A DNA stretch of 64,000 nucleotides. Origin: Cladosporium halotolerans (lineage: Eukaryota). Shown here in pieces: positions 59,521 to 64,000 of this stretch. How positions within the stretch are numbered: the stretch's first letter is position 1; the number at the start of each line of letters is the position of its first letter. Location of the stretch: NCBI RefSeq assembly GCF_011745625.1, contig NW_027191458.1, forward strand, positions 62,001 through 126,000, in the 5' to 3' direction. The notes below the pieces were generated by a model, which was not told the origin of the DNA, searched no databases, and saw nothing but the letters and a program-made list of their open reading frames with translations. The translations under genes and the position numbers were made by a program.

Positions 59521-60909
59521 ATGTTGAACACCGCTTCTAAACGCATTATCTCGACTGTGGATACAGTACATCGAACAAGCATAGCTAGGACAATGGCGAC
59601 AGCATCTCGGGTCCAGCTGACCACGCACGAGGAGCCGGCATTTGCGGTATTACAAGCAAGCACAGCAGATAAAGCCCAATTCGCTTCAGACCTGCTTCAG
59701 AAGAATCATGATAATTACCATATCTACTTCAATCATGATGGCTTTCATAACCACATTGCCCACCATCTTCTCACGACCTACGCCTTAGCTGCTTCCACGA
59801 AGGACCTTCAATATCACTTCGACAGCAACAAGTCTTACCAAAGACCAATGCAACCCTACGACCAAGCCGTGGTTGAGAATATGAGCGACCCAGCAAAGTT
59901 CACCAAGTACCTTGGAGACGAAAAGCACTACAATGATTTCCTTCAGTTCTTCCAGAACGATATCGACAAGCAGGGATGGCAAGCGACCCTCAACAAATAC
60001 GTCTTCGGAGAAAACGATCTTGCTCACAAAATTCTACCACTCATGTTTGCCGGCTTCTTGCACCCAATAATTCACCTCGGATTCGGCGTTGAGTTCGAGC
60101 AACCGGCCATCATAGCTGAAGCCCTGGCACAGGCCGCCACGCACACTAACTGGATCGCAAAGTTCCTCTGGTCCTCTGAAGACGCCGTCAGAGTAAACCG
60201 CTCGAAGCCTTCCAAATCTATGGTCGAGCTGCTTGATGAGATCCGCAACGACAAAGACCTCTACAATTCGGTGCAGATGAAGGACGGCAACAAGGTTCGC
60301 GACGGCGTCCTCGCACGAGCCGGTGATCGCATGATCAGTTACGCCGCGCAGTATCACGTCAAACCCTCTGAGCTTGAGGAGAAGACGGCTGAGATGATCA
60401 ACGGCGCTGCCTACTTCACCGGAGGCGCTCAACGCAAGGATCGCGACGTCAAATTTGATTTCTTCTACATGCACTGCGTCAACTCCAGCATTTTCTGGCC
60501 AGTCTTCCTCAAGCAATCTTGGCTGAGCGAGGCAAGCAAAGTTAGGCTGCTCGAGTGGAAGGTCTGGAACGATCTCGCCATGTACGTGTCGAGGAAGAGC
60601 CCCGAGATTCACTTGGACGAGATCAGGAACTACAAGCCGAAGCAGCCCTCGGACTGGACGAAGGTCGTCGAGCGAGTAAGGGCTCACGAGGATGACGGCC
60701 ATGCGTCAAAGATGGTCAGGGCGCTTGCACACGGACAGCAATCCTGTGCGCCGTACGATTCCAAGGCAGAGTTCAGGCTGAAGAAGGATGATTGGCTACA
60801 GCTTGCGCATATGACTATTGATTCTGTTGAGAACGATGGTCCGACTTGGGTACGGTCGACAGGATTTGATCAGGCTTGGGAGAAGGTACCGTTGAGATCT
60901 CAGTTGTAG
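59521..60909 (+). CDS. AflY/HypA-like (questin oxidase family) oxidoreductase; alternative start at 59593
   Basis: Motifs FNHDGFHNHIAHHLL, AGFLHPIIHLGFG.EF.QP...AEALAQAA, DFFYMHCVN and DDGHASK. Confidence 0.9.
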   Translation: MLNTASKRIISTVDTVHRTSIARTMATASRVQLTTHEEPAFAVLQASTADKAQFASDLLQKNHDNYHIYFNHDGFHNHIAHHLLTTYALAASTKDLQYHFDSNKSYQRPMQPYDQAVVENMSDPAKFTKYLGDEKHYNDFLQFFQNDIDKQGWQATLNKYVFGENDLAHKILPLMFAGFLHPIIHLGFGVEFEQPAIIAEALAQAATHTNWIAKFLWSSEDAVRVNRSKPSKSMVELLDEIRNDKDLYNSVQMKDGNKVRDGVLARAGDRMISYAAQYHVKPSELEEKTAEMINGAAYFTGGAQRKDRDVKFDFFYMHCVNSSIFWPVFLKQSWLSEASKVRLLEWKVWNDLAMYVSRKSPEIHLDEIRNYKPKQPSDWTKVVERVRAHEDDGHASKMVRALAHGQQSCAPYDSKAEFRLKKDDWLQLAHMTIDSVENDGPTWVRSTGFDQAWEKVPLRSQL

Positions 60910-60999
60910 AGCGACGAGGCGAAAGCGCTATTGAATGGTGTATGATATTACCAGATTGAAGATAGTTACAAGCTTACACGTGATGCAAATCATGTGCAT

Positions 61000-62359
61000 C
61001 TATCTGAAAGGCGACTCGCTCAACGCCTTCTCGGTCTCCGTCTTTGCATCGTATCCGTAAAGCCATGGTTGCACCACGGGACATTGCCACCTGCTGGGAA
61101 ACTTGACATCAATCTCCCTGCCCAGTGTGGAACGCATCAACTCATCACGGGCCTCTTGTTCTGATCCATCGAGCATGTGAAAGTCTTTCCGTTGAGCGAA
61201 AGTCTCTCGCACAATCGCCTCGCCTCGCTTCTTCCGCAGCCGCTGGAACATGTCCAAAGCCTGGGGCAACTGGTCTTTCGACTCCAAGGCGCCCAAGACA
61301 TATCCCAGCACTGCGCCATCCTCAAGCGAGCTATTCGCTCCTTGCGCGAGATAAGGCAGCATCGAATGGGCACTGTCGCCAATGAAGACGAAGTTGTTCT
61401 TGTCGCTCACCCAACTGTCCAGCTCCGAGCGATGCATCAGCTTCCACTTGTCAACTGTCTTGACGTGGTCCAAGAAACGATTCAAAACTGGATCCCAGTC
61501 GGCAAAAATTGCTCGCATCTCATCCAGCGAGCCGGCCTGCCTCGCTACGCCAGGCGGCAAATTGTCCGGCACGAGCAGCACGATATTGAACATCTGCCCG
61601 CCGCGCAGAGAATACGCGACGACATGCGAGCCGGGGCCGATCCAAAAGTTGCAGGATGGCTTAGCCACCCAGTCGAACAACTCGCGGTCATCCTTCAGAT
61701 CCTCTGAACGCAAGACGATTCTATACGCCAGATCGCCCGTTGGCAGCGGCTCGTCCGACGTGCCCTTCGAAGCGAGCAGTCGCTCCCTGCACTTCGACCA
61801 CAGGCCGTCCGCACCCACGATCAGGTCCGCTTTGAGCTGCTCGCCGCCTTCTTTGAGAGTGAGCAGTGGCGCGTCGAAATCGACGTCTGCGACTCGCGCT
61901 CCGAGGCGGACGCGGACGCCGAGCTGCTGCGCTCGCTCGCAGAGCGCGACCTGCAAGTCGACGCGGTGGAGGTCCCAGAAGGGCGCGTCGTACTTCTTTC
62001 GCATGTCAACGTCAAAGTCATCTGTACGCGAGAGTAGTTTTCCGTCCGAGTAGCGCCTCACGGCCAGATAGGTTGGTTCGGCGGCTTTGGACTCGAGCGT
62101 TGAGAGGATGCCCCATTGTGAGAAGAGCTTGCTGGCGTTGGGTGTGATTTGAAGACCAGCTCCAATCTTTTGGAGCGTTAGCAAGTGCAACTCACGATGT
62201 AAGAGTTCAAATCTCATTCACCTCTGCGAGTTCTTTGGCGGCTTCTACGACCTGGACATTGTGGCCAGCGAGGGCACACGAGATGGCGGCGCTCAGACCA
62301 GCTAGTCCGGCTCCGACAATGATGATGTCGAGACGAGATGCGTTCGTCTTGCGTTCCAT
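61000..62359 (-). CDS. FAD-dependent monooxygenase (salicylate hydroxylase-like); exons 62359-62222 and 62166-61000
   Basis: Motifs IVGAGLAGL, E-IGAGLQITPN, VGADGLWS and GDSAHSMLPYLAQGA. Intron is GTGAAT..CTAAC..AAG. Confidence 0.92.
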
Positions 62360-62793
62360 ACTTGTCTCAAGTAACAAGTTCCGTGCTTGATATCACTTTC
62401 TTAGTGGGAAGATAGCTGACTCAAAAAATAAAGGTAAGAAGAGTGGATGGTCGGAAGCTGCTCAAATCGGAACCGAGCCCTAACATCGCGTCTTCATCGC
62501 ACTTATGGATGGATTTGTCTTTCTGGCAGCCGAGGCAGCTCGCCATAATGCTCTCCGATTAATCGGCCATGATAGCAATGTTCGCTCCGTGCCGATGTCG
62601 TTCTTTAGGGCTCATCATCCACGTCAGTTCTGTGGAGAGCGGGGAAGCGTTCTCGGGAGTTGGTGCTTGTGATCGCGGCAATGAGTTCTGCCGGCGACAT
62701 CGCAGCGGACGACAGCTTACCTACAACATACATAAGCATTTCAGGGCTGATCCTAAAGATCGATTGACGTTTCGATACAAATCCACAGGCATC

Positions 62794-64000
62794 ATGGCCA
62801 ACACTCTTGCCGACCACAACAAGATTGTCGAAGTTTCAAAGAACTTCAGAGACTATCTGATCCCGTTGGACCACCCAAGACTGCATCCTAATGACCGAGA
62901 TGCTAGGACACACGGCAAAGGCGTATTGGGCAATGAGGGTATCTTCCTGACTCCGGTCGCAAGAGGCTGGCTTCAGAACTATCAGAGTCCCTACCATGGC
63001 TTCACCACAGACGGCACGATAAGACAAAATTTGTGGAAGGCCGACCCAAAAGCAAATGGCCCGACTAAAGAGATGGTCGCTGCCGCAGAGAACCTCTTCA
63101 AGGTTGCATCTACAGACGAGCAGAAGAGATTCAGCTACGATATGAATGCAAAGGAATGGCGAAGTTGGTCAAACCCGGAAGTGAGTCTTAGAATACATGG
63201 CCGTGTCTGACCAGTTACTAATTCAAGTCAGGTGATCGTTGTCGATTCAGGCGTGCGCATTGAAGATATGCAGAAGGTGACACGGGACGCTGTGCATGAC
63301 CTTCTCAAAGCAAGTCTTTCGCCTGAAGGATACGGCAAAGTGTGGACCGCCATGCTTACCAACGCCTTCCTCGGAGAATTGACGACGCTCAAAAATGTTA
63401 TGAATACGGACAGCTACCACTTTTGCTTCTTTGGTGAGCCAGCAGCAGACAAGCCCTGGGGGTTTAACGTGTTCGGCCACCACCTCTGTTTGAATGTCTT
63501 TTCTCTTAACGGCGAGGTAGTCATCGGTCCTTTCTTCGTCGGAGCAGAACCAAATATCATCGACGAGGGTCCTGACAAGGGTACCAAGATGCTCAAGAAG
63601 GAAGAGGAAGCCGGTCTTGCCTTGATGAAGAGTTTCTCTCCCGAGCAGCAACAGAAGGCTACTCTCCAAGGCGACATTGACGACATCGAGGGCGACACGA
63701 TGCCCGCCGGACGCTTCAACAAAGCCGACTTGCGCGGCCTAGGAGGCGCTCACCAAGACAACCGAGTCATCCCGTTCGAAGGCCTCTGCGCAAAAGACAT
63801 GACGGCTTCGCAACGGCAGGCGTTGCTCGAGATAGTGGGGATCTTCAACGAGATCTTGCCTGCCGAGACGAAGAAAATGTTTCTGAAACGCGTCGAAGAT
63901 CATTTGGATGAGACCTACTTTGCTTGGATCGGTCCGGTCAACGATGAGACGCCATTCTACTACAGAGTGCACAGCCCGATCGTGATGGATGAGTTCGACC
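62794..64000 (+). CDS. DUF3500-family protein, 5' portion (continues beyond the window); intron 63181-63231
   Basis: EWRSWSNPE-VIV..GVRIE, SLSPEGY.K, YHFCFFGEP...PWG...FGHHLCLN, FVGAEP, GAHQDNRVIPFEG and FYYRVHSP...EFD. Confidence 0.85.

Overview
Gene-dense, GC-rich eukaryotic DNA from a filamentous ascomycete. The short GT-AG introns with CTRAC/CTAAC branch sites and the protein sequences suggest Pezizomycotina, probably a Dothideomycete; this is inference. About 27 protein-coding loci are supported. Recognisable conserved genes are UTP13 (3' part), DED1, cyclophilin B, mitochondrial rpS13 (SWS2), an M16 metalloprotease, IES1, CYP51, SRP40, ADE8, PCH2, RAD28/CSA, HEL2, RPB11, a nitronate monooxygenase, a TBC protein and a 4-exon telomerase reverse transcriptase (TERT). 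Other loci are an AflY-like oxidoreductase/FAD monooxygenase/DUF3500 trio, several orphan or secreted proteins and one disrupted ankyrin gene. I saw no transposon, rRNA, tRNA or CRISPR. The most notable unexplained signals are: (i) a densely base-paired non-coding locus at about 14.2-15.65 kb with a telomerase-RNA P6.1-like hairpin and an apparent terminal intron but no recognisable template; (ii) two unusually long, structured 3' introns in TERT; (iii) a long multi-stem element downstream of DED1; (iv) an alternative membrane-anchor exon for cyclophilin B; (v) a non-AUG mitochondrial-type extension on the M16 protease; (vi) a small PQPRDPG-repeat peptide gene; and (vii) recurrent C-rich to G-rich skew switches. 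All RNA structures were paired by eye, not computed.
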